Assembly: GCA_964473365.1 (NCBI GenBank) | Contig: CAYYOV010000002.1 | Location: 97,576-161,575 of the forward strand | Origin: an uncultured Ignavibacteriaceae bacterium | GTDB taxonomy: Bacteria > Bacteroidota > Ignavibacteria > UBA10030 | Length of the DNA: 64,000 bases | Reading direction: 5' to 3' | Shown here: one piece after another, positions 18,308 to 26,644 of the stretch | How the letters are laid out: the number at the start of each line of letters is the position of its first letter | How positions within the stretch are numbered: the first letter of the stretch is position 1 | Made by a program: the position numbers and the translations under genes | Notes under the pieces: model-generated | Told to the model about the DNA's origin: nothing | Seen by the model: only the letters and a program-made list of their open reading frames with translations | Database searches by the model: none

Positions 18308-19204
18308 GTGACCTATAAGATCCGCAATACGATCGCACTTGCCGTGGTCCTGCTGCTCTTCAGCGGTGGCGGTGCTTTCTGGTACTACTACTGGCAGCCG
18401 CGCGAGCTGAAAGCGCTCGTCAAGCAGATCCAGGCGATCGACAAGGAGCTCGACAATCTTCCGATCCTGACGGAAGAGGTCCAGCGGCTGACGGTACAAT
18501 TCCAGGACGTGAAGCGCCGGTACGATTCCCGGAGCAAAGAGATCCCCGAGTTCGACGTCTCCTCACAAACTTACGGCTATATGAGCCGGGGCATCGACGT
18601 TGCCGGGTTCCTGAAGTTTGATATGAAGTTTCTCGGAACGCAGGAAAGCCCCGGTTACGGATTCAACGCCTACAGGCTCGAGCAAGGGGAGGCCCAGTTC
18701 GACAACCTGTACCGCTTCGTCTACTTCCTGGAGAACGGCCGGCGGCTCTACAAGATCTCGACGCTCGCGCTTGAGTACAAGGATGCGGTCGATTCTGAGA
18801 CGAAGGAAACGAAGAAATGGATCGCATTCGACATGGAGCTCCATGCGTACTACGTGCGGGGCATTCCGGAGCTCGGTTCGTCGCTTGCGGCCCGCAGTTT
18901 GACCGTGGTACCGGCGCCATTTGACCCGTTCGATCCGCTCATCGTGCCGACGATCGCGGCGGAGGCGCCAATGGGCGAACTGAACCCGCGCAACGTCGAG
19001 ATCAAGGCGGTCCTGCCGGGCAAAGCATTTGTGTTGTATGAGAACGAGCTTATCGTCCTGCAGCTCGGCGATCGCGTATGGCGCGGCGCCGTCAGCGCGA
19101 TCGACCCGCGGACCAGCTCGGTGGAATTCACGCTCAACGAAGGTGGCGTGATCACGAAGGTGTCCAAGCAGATCCAATTTGACCGTCGAAGGAGGCTCCG
19201 GTGA
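18308..19204 (+). CDS. Apparent PilO-PilP fusion
   Basis: 298 aa. An N-terminal TM helix (IALAVVLLLFSGGGAFWYYYW), a coiled coil and an alpha/beta region are PilO-like. The C-terminus has a PFDPFDP motif and a beta-domain string (VEIKAVLPGKAFVLYENELIVLQLGDRVWRGAVSAIDP) that is PilP-like. Its stop overlaps the secretin GTG start (GTGA). Confidence 0.5.
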   Translation: MTYKIRNTIALAVVLLLFSGGGAFWYYYWQPRELKALVKQIQAIDKELDNLPILTEEVQRLTVQFQDVKRRYDSRSKEIPEFDVSSQTYGYMSRGIDVAGFLKFDMKFLGTQESPGYGFNAYRLEQGEAQFDNLYRFVYFLENGRRLYKISTLALEYKDAVDSETKETKKWIAFDMELHAYYVRGIPELGSSLAARSLTVVPAPFDPFDPLIVPTIAAEAPMGELNPRNVEIKAVLPGKAFVLYENELIVLQLGDRVWRGAVSAIDPRTSSVEFTLNEGGVITKVSKQIQFDRRRRLR

Positions 19205-20514
19205 ACCTCAAACGTGGAATGACCCTGTTGCTCATCGCCGTGCTGATGTCGGTGTCGGCGTTGGCCCAAACCGAGTCCCAGCTGCGACGCGCAGCCCAAG
19301 GGAAATCGGGAGCGGCTCCCGACGAGATCGTCTCGTTCCGTGCGGATGTACCGTATTCGCAGGCGATCAAATCGCTCGGAGATCTCTGGAAGACAAAGGG
19401 CGGGAAGATCGTCATCGACCGGTCGGGCACCAAAGAAGGGGACAAATCGATCGGCGTGAATATCGAGGCGATGTACTGGAAGGACGCCTTCGAGCTCATC
19501 CTGCGCTCGAACAAGCTCTGGTACAACCAGTATGAAGAGCACGTCGAAGTGGTTCCGATGGAGGAGGCCGGCAGGTCGGCCCAGGTTGACACGAAGACAG
19601 TCGAGCAGGCCAAGACGGGAGGCGCTCCTGTGACGACCCCCACAGCGAGCCAGATGCCGATGAACGAACTTCCGATGAAGGTCGACTCGGCCGAGTACTA
19701 CTTCAAGGATCGAGAGATCACGATCTCCAGCGTGTTCTTCGAGGTAGACCGGACAAAGCTGGCTCAGACCGGCATCGGCTTTTCCATCTTCCGGGGCAAA
19801 GGTCTCAACCTCGGCGTCGAGTTCAGCGGAGCGGACCGGATCACGACACCGATCCTCAATGCGACGGTCAGTCCGCGCGACAAGCGGCTGGCGGTGGACG
19901 TCGATGCGGCCCTACGCGTCTTCGAAAGCGAGCAGCTCGGCGAAGTGATCGCTCGTCCCCAGATCACGGTACGGAACGGCACATCGTCGAAGCTTCAGAG
20001 TGGCCAGAATTTTTCGGTGCAGTTGCGCGATTTTTCGGGCAACGTCGTCAACCAGTTCTACGAGACGGGCACGATCCTGACGGTCACGCCCAAGGTCTGG
20101 AAATTCCAAGAGAAGGAATTCATCAGCCTTAACTACAAGATCGAACGCAGCACGCTCCTCCCGTCAGCGACCACCATCCTGATCAACAAGACGGAGGCGA
20201 GCGGGACTCTCATGCTGCTGGACGGGGAAGAGGCGTACGTCGGTGGCCTGTACTCGACCGACGAATCGGTTACGCGCGAAGGTGTGCCGGTGCTCAAGGA
20301 CCTGCCGTGGTGGGTGCTCGGTCTGCGTTACTTGTTCGGCTTCGATGCAACCAGCTACAAGAAGAAGGAGCTCGTCGTCCTCATGCGCGCGCAGATGGTG
20401 CCGCTGCTCGAGGACCGGCTCAAGGCGGCCCCGGTGCAGCAGGGGTTGGACAACGTCCTGAAGGACATGAACCAGGACCTCCAGAAGCGGACGACACAAA
20501 AGAAGGTCCAGTAG
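19201..20514 (+). CDS. pilQ: Secretin (PilQ/GspD family), short form
   Basis: 437 aa. Signal peptide MNLKRGMTLLLIAVLMSVSALAQ. Secretin core strings ARPQITVRNGTSSKLQSGQNF, GTILTVTPKV and VPVLKDLPWWVLGLRYLFG. Only short N-terminal domains precede the secretin core. Confidence 0.8.
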   Translation: MNLKRGMTLLLIAVLMSVSALAQTESQLRRAAQGKSGAAPDEIVSFRADVPYSQAIKSLGDLWKTKGGKIVIDRSGTKEGDKSIGVNIEAMYWKDAFELILRSNKLWYNQYEEHVEVVPMEEAGRSAQVDTKTVEQAKTGGAPVTTPTASQMPMNELPMKVDSAEYYFKDREITISSVFFEVDRTKLAQTGIGFSIFRGKGLNLGVEFSGADRITTPILNATVSPRDKRLAVDVDAALRVFESEQLGEVIARPQITVRNGTSSKLQSGQNFSVQLRDFSGNVVNQFYETGTILTVTPKVWKFQEKEFISLNYKIERSTLLPSATTILINKTEASGTLMLLDGEEAYVGGLYSTDESVTREGVPVLKDLPWWVLGLRYLFGFDATSYKKKELVVLMRAQMVPLLEDRLKAAPVQQGLDNVLKDMNQDLQKRTTQKKVQ

Positions 20515-20689
20515 CCCCCGAAAGGGTTCGCGATACATCCACGAAGGTCACGAGGCACACGAGGTCGGTTCGGTCTTCAGACGAGGACACAGGTCGCATT
20601 CGTGTCGCTTCGTGCGCTTTGTGGATTTTGTTTCTTGTTCTGAGCCAGTTCGAGCTGGCATTCAATGAGATCGGTCACGGGAGGATGGT

Positions 20690-23600
20690 ATGACGTACGG
20701 TCAAGCGATTACGCGCCTGCTTACGGCTTCGCTGTTGTTGGTGATGGCGTGCCAGAACCCGGAGGAAGAAGGCCCGGGCGGAGGGACCACGGTCTCGACG
20801 ATCCTCAGCGGAAGGGTCCTCAGAAGCGACAACGGCACGGCCGTCCCAGGGGCCTACGTGCGGGACATCTCGAATGCGAGCAAGGTCGACACGACCGACG
20901 CGAACGGGACGTTTGCGCTGAGCTACGACCTGGCCGCGGGCCAGTCGTACGCGACCACCATCTATGCCACACGCACGCCCGGTTTTGGCAACGATTCGGC
21001 GTCGGTGACGTTGCAGTCAGGGACCAATCAGTCCGTCGACCTCATCCTCGTGGCCGACAGCACGAGCCCTCCGACCAATCCCGGGCAAACGTCCGGCCAG
21101 CCGGCCAGCGTCGTGCTCGTGGGGACAGAGGCAACGACCATTTCTATCCGCGGGACCGGATATAACGAATCATCCCTCCTCACGTTCGAAGTACGCGACT
21201 CGCTCGGGAATGCGATCCTCGGCGCGAATGGACCAAACGTGAAATTCGCGATCGTGGGTGGGCCGAATGGAGGCGAATATGTCTATCCGACGGTGGCACA
21301 GGTGGTCGCGGGGACAGGTCGGATCTCCACGCGGCTGAATGCGGGCACCAAGCCCGGTGTCATCCAGATCCAGGCGAGCACGCGGAACGATTCCGTCCTC
21401 TCTGCCCCTGCGCGTGTGACGATCGCGAGTGGTCTCCCGTATGGACCCAATGCTTCTATCGGACGCAGCAAGGCAAACGTAGCAGGTGGGTTGTTCGACA
21501 ACGAACGCGTTCGTATCACGGTCTTCCTGGGTGACCGATACCAGAACCCGGTCCCGCCAGGTACAGCCGTTTACTTCACGACCACGGGCGGCATCATTCA
21601 GCCGACTGCGTTCACGGACCAAGATGGCCAGGCGAGCGTCGATCTGATCACGGCCAATCCACGGCCGGCAGGGGGCGTCGCCATCATCACGGCCCGAACC
21701 ATTGGTGATACGGCTGCCCGTAAAGCAGATAGCCTCATCCAATTGCAGACGCAGGTAGTGTTCTCGGGCGCGACTATCATCACGGCTCCGACGGCAGCGT
21801 TCGGCGTTCCTGACAGCGGTTCGTACAGCTTCGCGTATTCCGTGCTCGACGCCAACGGCAACCCGTTGGTCGCCGGGACGACCATCCTCGTCACGCTCGA
21901 CGGCCCGGGGGCCGCAGACCTGGAGGCGCAGGGCGATGTTGATGTGACGATGAAGGATTCTCCGAATCCGGCAGACGGGAACTTCAACGTGAAGATCGTC
22001 GACAAGACCCGAGGTGGGACCGGAGGGTTCTTCGCGGTCAATATTAAGGTCAAGGGTCAGAATGGCGAGGCCTTCCACACCTTCAATGGATTGGCCCTGA
22101 CGACCGGTGGCGGTGGTGGATCCGTTTCTTCAACGAGCACCCCTCGTAGCATCGCACTGAGCTCGATCAGTTCTCGTACGTTGTCGGTCAAAGGGACCGG
22201 TGCGGGTGAAACAGCGCGCCTGACGTTCATCGTTCGGGATTCGCTCGGCAATCCGGTCGGCAACCCGTTGGATCCCTCCGTGAAGTCGTTCGTAACTTTC
22301 TCGATCAATCCATCGAGCGGTCTGGGCGGAGCGTTCGTGTACCCGTCGGGCGATTCGACGGACGTCAATGGACAAGTTGGAGTGAACTTCAATTCAGGTA
22401 CGCAGGCCGGTGTCGTGCAGGTCGTGGCAAGCACCGTGACCGCCGCTGGAACGATTACGGCTTCACCGGTGCAAATCACGATCCAGGGTGGTCTGCCTGA
22501 TTCGAACAGGTTCGTCGTAACGCTGGACCAGACGAACATGCCGGGCCTCGTCAAGACGGGTACGCTGGGCCAGGTGGCCGTCCAAGCGGCCGACGAATTC
22601 GGCAATGCCGTGCAACCCGGTACGGCGATCTACTTCACGACCAACATCGGCCTCATCAAGGCGTCCTCGGTTACGAATGAATCGGGCGTCGCGACCGCCC
22701 CGCTGAGCGGAGGCGTCGTTGGTGCTTCGACCGGACAGGGGACGGTTACTGTTCAGACGCTTGGTAAGAGTGGAGAAACTGTCCAGAAACAGCTGCCGTT
22801 CTTGTTCACGGGCGCTCCGGTCATTTCAAATGTCCCTGCGAGCGGCTTCAGCATTCCGGACAGCGGATTCTACAGCTTCTCGTTCACCGTGGCCGATGCG
22901 AACGGCAATCCGCTTTCAAAGGGTGCGACGATCACCGTCACAAAGGACGGAGCCGGATCGTCCGACCTGTCGCTCACGGGCGACGTCAATCGTACGATGA
23001 TCGATACGCGCTCGGTCGCTGCGACGACGTTCAACGTGACGGCGACGGACAAGTCGAATGGCGGGCCATCGGGTCCGGTCACCTTCACGATCAGCGTCTC
23101 CGGCCCCAATGGTGAAGCTACCGCAAGCTTCACGGGCTCGCAGCTTGTCACCGGACAACCCGGTACGGGTGGCTCAGGTTCTGGATTCGCTTCGAGCATC
23201 GAATTCCTCGGTTCACAAGGCAATGTGCGCACGCTGTCTGTGCGAGGCACGGGAGCGAATGAGGCGGTCATCGTCCGCTTTGTAGTCAAGGATTCGCTCG
23301 GGAGCCCTGTCGACCTGAACCATCGTGCGACAGTAACGCTGAGCATCCAGGGAGGTCCGGGAGGAGGGGAGTTCCTCTCGCCGACGCCGACGTCACTCTT
23401 AACGGACGCCAGCGGTCAGGTCTATGCGACATTGAATTCTGGGACGAAAGCCGGCGTGTTGCAGTTGCTGGCAACAGCGATCGTGAACGGCCGGACCATC
23501 ACGTCGGCTCCGATCGCCTTCACGATCTACGGTGGTCTGCCCTATGCGGGCGGTATGACCGTCTGGACGGACGTTTCGAATGTCCCGGGTCTGGTCGTGA

Positions 23601-25306
23601 GTGGCACACCGTTAGCCACAGTCAACGTTCAGTTGGCCGATGCCTACGGAAACCCGGTCCAACCAGGTACATCAATCTACTTCAGCACAACAGGCGGTTT
23701 GATTACGCCCTCGGCCGTGACCGATGCGACGGGTAAAGCGAACGCGACGCTCTTCGGCGGCCTCCCGTACCCTGTGAGTGGGATCGATACCGTCACTGTT
23801 ACGACCGTCGGAGCGAACAACGCGACTGTATCGAAGCAGATTGCGCTGACGTTCTCGGGTGCGCCCGTGTTGACAGTCCTGAATGTGCCGACGGATACGC
23901 TGACGATTCTGGACGGCGGATACTTCGACCTCGATTTCCGCTTGGCCGACGCTGCCGGGAATCCATTGGCGCAGGGCAATTCGGCCTCGGTGACCATCTC
24001 ATCGCTCGGGAACGCTGCAACAAGCGTGACCTTGGCCGGAGATATCACGACGACTACGATCGATACGCGTCTCGCAAGTACAACGTCGCGACGCGTCCGG
24101 TTGACGGATGCGGTAGCCAACGGCGGGAACTATGGTCCGTTCACGATCAGGATACGATCAACCGGACCCAATGGAACGGCAGAGAAGGTGCTGGGTGGCA
24201 TTCTGGGAGCGCCGTCGTCCATCACGCCTCCTTCGGCGACGGTCAAGAACCCGGCGCAGATCGCATTCATCGGTGTCTCCGCTTCGGACGTCTATGTGTC
24301 TGGTGTTGGAGCCCTCGAGAATTCTGTTATCACGTATGAGGTACGCGATTCGCTGGGCAACGCTATCGAAGCCAACCCGCGCGCGTATGTGAATTTCTCC
24401 ATCACCTTCTTCCCGAATACATTTGTACCGGGTGGCACGAGCCCGGTCCTCATTCCAGGTTCTGACAGTACGGATAATGCCGGGCGAGCCCGCGTCTCGA
24501 TGTCGTCAGGGACTCGTGCTGGTGTTGTGCAGATCGTCGCCAGCACGGTCGTGGGCATCAAGACCATCACGTCGCTTCCGGTGAAGATCACGATCCATGC
24601 CGGTTTCCCCGATCAACGGCACTTCACCATGGCACCCGACCGGTACAACTTCCCGGGTCTTGATAAGGCCTTCGTGACACAAAAGGTGACGGTCCAAGTG
24701 GCCGACAAGTATAGCAATCCTGTCCAGGCCGGGACGGCCGTCTATTTCTACAGCACGCATGGTACGATGCAGACCGGCGGAGGATCGCCTGGCCTCACAG
24801 ACCTGAACGGATTCGTCTCGCAGACGCTGTATTCCGCGAATCCGTATCCGGAGGGCGTTGATTCGCTCGCGATCGGCAAAGGGTTCACCTACATCTATTC
24901 ACAGACCCTCGGTGAGTCCGGCGCGCAGGTGATCGATTCGCTCGAGATACTTTGGACCGGTCAGCCTATCATTACCCGGACCTCCGGACCGAGCAGCTTC
25001 ACGATAATCAATGGCGGGAGTGGAGGCCCGTGGACCTTCTCTGTTGTCGATCGGTTCGGTCATCCGATGTCGGGCGGTACATCCATTAGTGTCTCCGCCG
25101 GCGACGGAACCGTGAACGGCGATGCTGATGCCACCATCACTGACACCAAGGTCGGCGGTGCGGGCGTCACAGACTTCACGATTACCGTGGATGATTCGGA
25201 TCCGGCAGATACTGATCCTCCGGCGAATGTGTTGCTGACAGTCGTCGTGACTCATCCGGTCTACGGTACCTACAAGAAAATCATCGCGACGGGTACCATC
25301 GACTAG
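20690..25306 (+). CDS. Giant surface lipoprotein built from bacterial Ig-like (Big_1/invasin-type) domains
   Basis: 1538 aa. Lipoprotein signal MTYGQAITRLLTASLLLVMAC (Cys21 codon 20750..20752). A CarboxypepD_reg-like segment follows (LSGRVLRSDNGTAVPGAYV...TDANGTFAL). Repeated Big_1-type strings are present (e.g. VFLGDRYQNPVPPGTAVYFTTTGG...TDQDGQASV). No T9SS-type C-terminal sorting domain is recognisable. Confidence 0.75.
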   Translation: MTYGQAITRLLTASLLLVMACQNPEEEGPGGGTTVSTILSGRVLRSDNGTAVPGAYVRDISNASKVDTTDANGTFALSYDLAAGQSYATTIYATRTPGFGNDSASVTLQSGTNQSVDLILVADSTSPPTNPGQTSGQPASVVLVGTEATTISIRGTGYNESSLLTFEVRDSLGNAILGANGPNVKFAIVGGPNGGEYVYPTVAQVVAGTGRISTRLNAGTKPGVIQIQASTRNDSVLSAPARVTIASGLPYGPNASIGRSKANVAGGLFDNERVRITVFLGDRYQNPVPPGTAVYFTTTGGIIQPTAFTDQDGQASVDLITANPRPAGGVAIITARTIGDTAARKADSLIQLQTQVVFSGATIITAPTAAFGVPDSGSYSFAYSVLDANGNPLVAGTTILVTLDGPGAADLEAQGDVDVTMKDSPNPADGNFNVKIVDKTRGGTGGFFAVNIKVKGQNGEAFHTFNGLALTTGGGGGSVSSTSTPRSIALSSISSRTLSVKGTGAGETARLTFIVRDSLGNPVGNPLDPSVKSFVTFSINPSSGLGGAFVYPSGDSTDVNGQVGVNFNSGTQAGVVQVVASTVTAAGTITASPVQITIQGGLPDSNRFVVTLDQTNMPGLVKTGTLGQVAVQAADEFGNAVQPGTAIYFTTNIGLIKASSVTNESGVATAPLSGGVVGASTGQGTVTVQTLGKSGETVQKQLPFLFTGAPVISNVPASGFSIPDSGFYSFSFTVADANGNPLSKGATITVTKDGAGSSDLSLTGDVNRTMIDTRSVAATTFNVTATDKSNGGPSGPVTFTISVSGPNGEATASFTGSQLVTGQPGTGGSGSGFASSIEFLGSQGNVRTLSVRGTGANEAVIVRFVVKDSLGSPVDLNHRATVTLSIQGGPGGGEFLSPTPTSLLTDASGQVYATLNSGTKAGVLQLLATAIVNGRTITSAPIAFTIYGGLPYAGGMTVWTDVSNVPGLVVSGTPLATVNVQLADAYGNPVQPGTSIYFSTTGGLITPSAVTDATGKANATLFGGLPYPVSGIDTVTVTTVGANNATVSKQIALTFSGAPVLTVLNVPTDTLTILDGGYFDLDFRLADAAGNPLAQGNSASVTISSLGNAATSVTLAGDITTTTIDTRLASTTSRRVRLTDAVANGGNYGPFTIRIRSTGPNGTAEKVLGGILGAPSSITPPSATVKNPAQIAFIGVSASDVYVSGVGALENSVITYEVRDSLGNAIEANPRAYVNFSITFFPNTFVPGGTSPVLIPGSDSTDNAGRARVSMSSGTRAGVVQIVASTVVGIKTITSLPVKITIHAGFPDQRHFTMAPDRYNFPGLDKAFVTQKVTVQVADKYSNPVQAGTAVYFYSTHGTMQTGGGSPGLTDLNGFVSQTLYSANPYPEGVDSLAIGKGFTYIYSQTLGESGAQVIDSLEILWTGQPIITRTSGPSSFTIINGGSGGPWTFSVVDRFGHPMSGGTSISVSAGDGTVNGDADATITDTKVGGAGVTDFTITVDDSDPADTDPPANVLLTVVVTHPVYGTYKKIIATGTID
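21101..25303 (+). repeat. Four tandem, diverged ~1.05-kb (~350-aa) super-repeats inside the giant lipoprotein gene
   Basis: The anchor motif (F/V/I)(E/I/V)V(R/K)DSLG(N/S) occurs at ~21184, ~22225, ~23276 and ~24335, giving periods of ~1041, ~1051 and ~1059 nt. Each unit repeats the same order of three to four Ig-like domains: ...RGTG..E...TF.VRDSLGN; ...NSGT.AGVVQ.VAS; ...D.YGNPVQPGTA.YF.TT.G; ...FSGAP....P...F.I.D.G...F...V.DANGNPL. Confidence 0.7.
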
Positions 25307-25332
25307 ACCTCGCACGCTCTTGCGTTGATCCA

Positions 25333-25368
25333 GACCCCGTTCTCGAGAAGAGGACGGGGTTTGGTGTT
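25333..25368 (+). terminator. Intrinsic terminator after the giant lipoprotein gene
   Basis: 7-bp stem ACCCCGT (25334..25340) / ACGGGGT (25354..25360) with a 13-nt loop, followed by TTGGTGTTT. Confidence 0.55.
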
Positions 25369-25371
25369 TCT

Positions 25372-25425
25372 AGAAGAGAACTCAGAGAGGAGAAAGAAGA
25401 AGAGAGAGGCCAGAAGTCAGGAGCA
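25372..25425 (+). repeat. Polypurine (AG) tract
   Basis: There is an uninterrupted 26-nt purine run at 25384..25409 (AGAGAGGAGAAAGAAGAAGAGAGAGG). It sits inside a ~55-nt purine-rich stretch in the convergent intergenic gap. Track ORF 25325..25567 is just its Lys/Arg/Glu-rich translation. Confidence 0.6.
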
Positions 25426-25586
25426 AGCCCCGAGCGAAGCCGCGCGCGAGCTTCGAGTCGAGGGGTCGGAGCTCAGATGGCAGAAGCCACGGGGCAAAGG
25501 TCGACTGCGTCGTGCTTTGGGACGTGAGGGGTGCCGCTATTCGCTACGGGGGCCACTGAAGCGATGAGGGAATATCTGCGGCAATG

Positions 25587-26567
25587 CTACAAAAGCCCTT
25601 CGCTCCTGAACCACGCGACTGTCTCGCGCACCGTTTGCCTCAGAAATCGTGGCTCATAGCCGAGTTCGCAGACGGCTTTCTCGGAGGAGTACCTCCGATC
25701 CCGGCCGATCCCAGAAGTCAATTCTCGCGTCACCCACGGCTTGACTCGTAGAATAGCCGCGCAGACCTCGACGGTGGCTGCGATGCCGCGTACCAGCAGA
25801 GTTGGTACGACGAATCGTGGCGCCATGCCGCCCGTTTCCTCTGCCACAATCTGGAAGATCTCTCGGAACGTTCGGTTCTCGCCCGCAAGAATGTACCGCT
25901 CACCTATGCGGCCACGCTCCGCGGCTGCAATATGGCCTGCGACAACATCGTCCACCGATACGATATTGGTTCCCCCTTCGGTTGCGTAGAAGATGCGCCG
26001 ACGTGCGACATCCCGGACAATACGCCCGCCGTGTACACGATGGTCGCGAGGTCCCAGGATGACGGCCGGATTGACCACAACGGCGGGTAGTCCAAGCCGA
26101 ACGGCCCGGAGGACGATACGCTCCGACTCCCACTTGCTCATCCGATATCCGACTGGCCGCGGGCCTGGAACAAATGGCGTCGATTCGGTCATGATACCAT
26201 CGTCCGGGTCGGGCCCGATGGTGGCGATCGAACTGGTGTGGATGAACCGCTTCACTCCTGTGCGGATCGCGGCGTCGACGACAGTTTGGGTTCCTGCGAC
26301 GTTGACGGCATACATTCGGTCTCGGTCACGGGACCAATGGGAGATGATGGCGGCCGTGTGGAAGACGGTGTCGCAACCGTTCATCGCCCGACGGACTGCG
26401 TCAGGGTCGCGTACGTCACCACGGATGATCTCGGCCGTGGCGTCAGAAAGGCCCCGCTCGTTCGTCCCCCGCGCGAGGACACGAACCTGCACACCTCGCT
26501 GAACGAGCGAGTGGACAAGATTCGCGCCGACGAGGCCGCTACCACCCGTGACGAGAGCGGTCCTCAT
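25587..26567 (-). CDS. NAD(P)-dependent epimerase/dehydratase family (SDR) protein
   Basis: 326 aa. N-terminal Rossmann motif ALVTGGSGLVGANLVHSL. It shows overall similarity to dihydroflavonol-reductase/HpnA-like sugar epimerases. Substrate unknown. Confidence 0.8.
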   Translation of the reverse strand: MRTALVTGGSGLVGANLVHSLVQRGVQVRVLARGTNERGLSDATAEIIRGDVRDPDAVRRAMNGCDTVFHTAAIISHWSRDRDRMYAVNVAGTQTVVDAAIRTGVKRFIHTSSIATIGPDPDDGIMTESTPFVPGPRPVGYRMSKWESERIVLRAVRLGLPAVVVNPAVILGPRDHRVHGGRIVRDVARRRIFYATEGGTNIVSVDDVVAGHIAAAERGRIGERYILAGENRTFREIFQIVAEETGGMAPRFVVPTLLVRGIAATVEVCAAILRVKPWVTRELTSGIGRDRRYSSEKAVCELGYEPRFLRQTVRETVAWFRSEGLL

Positions 26568-26644
26568 GAGGAAGCAGGGAGCAACGCGACATGCGACAAT
26601 CTAACCCAAAGCATGAGAGAACGGAGACTGGAAAGGGCGGACAT

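Noticed and set aside
17133-18338. 401-aa minus-strand ORF antisense to the PilM-N gene, plus similar long antisense ORFs at 21170..22078, 38747..39862, 45157..46089, 51895..52737 and 58979..59782
   Set aside because: All lie opposite genes with clear identities (giant lipoprotein, bamA, panB, DUF3109 gene, msrP) and translate to Arg/Asp/Gly/Pro-rich noise. The absence of stops on the antisense strand is expected at this GC content.
20515-20689. Sigma54 promoter or intrinsic terminator between pilQ and the giant lipoprotein gene
   Set aside because: TGGCAT is present (about 20657), but the required TTGC 5 nt downstream is missing. The only hairpin (GACAC-N11-GTGTC) is 5 bp with no T tract. 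I therefore make no call and leave co-transcription open.
24900-25306. T9SS C-terminal sorting domain on the giant lipoprotein
   Set aside because: The last ~100 residues continue the Ig-like pattern and end ...VVVTHPVYGTYKKIIATGTID. I do not see the conserved CTD beta-sandwich motifs. This is not decisive without an HMM search.
25325-25567. 80-aa plus-strand ORF in the gap after the giant lipoprotein gene
   Set aside because: Its Lys/Arg/Glu-rich sequence (EENSERRKKKREARSQEQ) is simply the translation of the polypurine tract. It starts inside the terminator hairpin and has no RBS.
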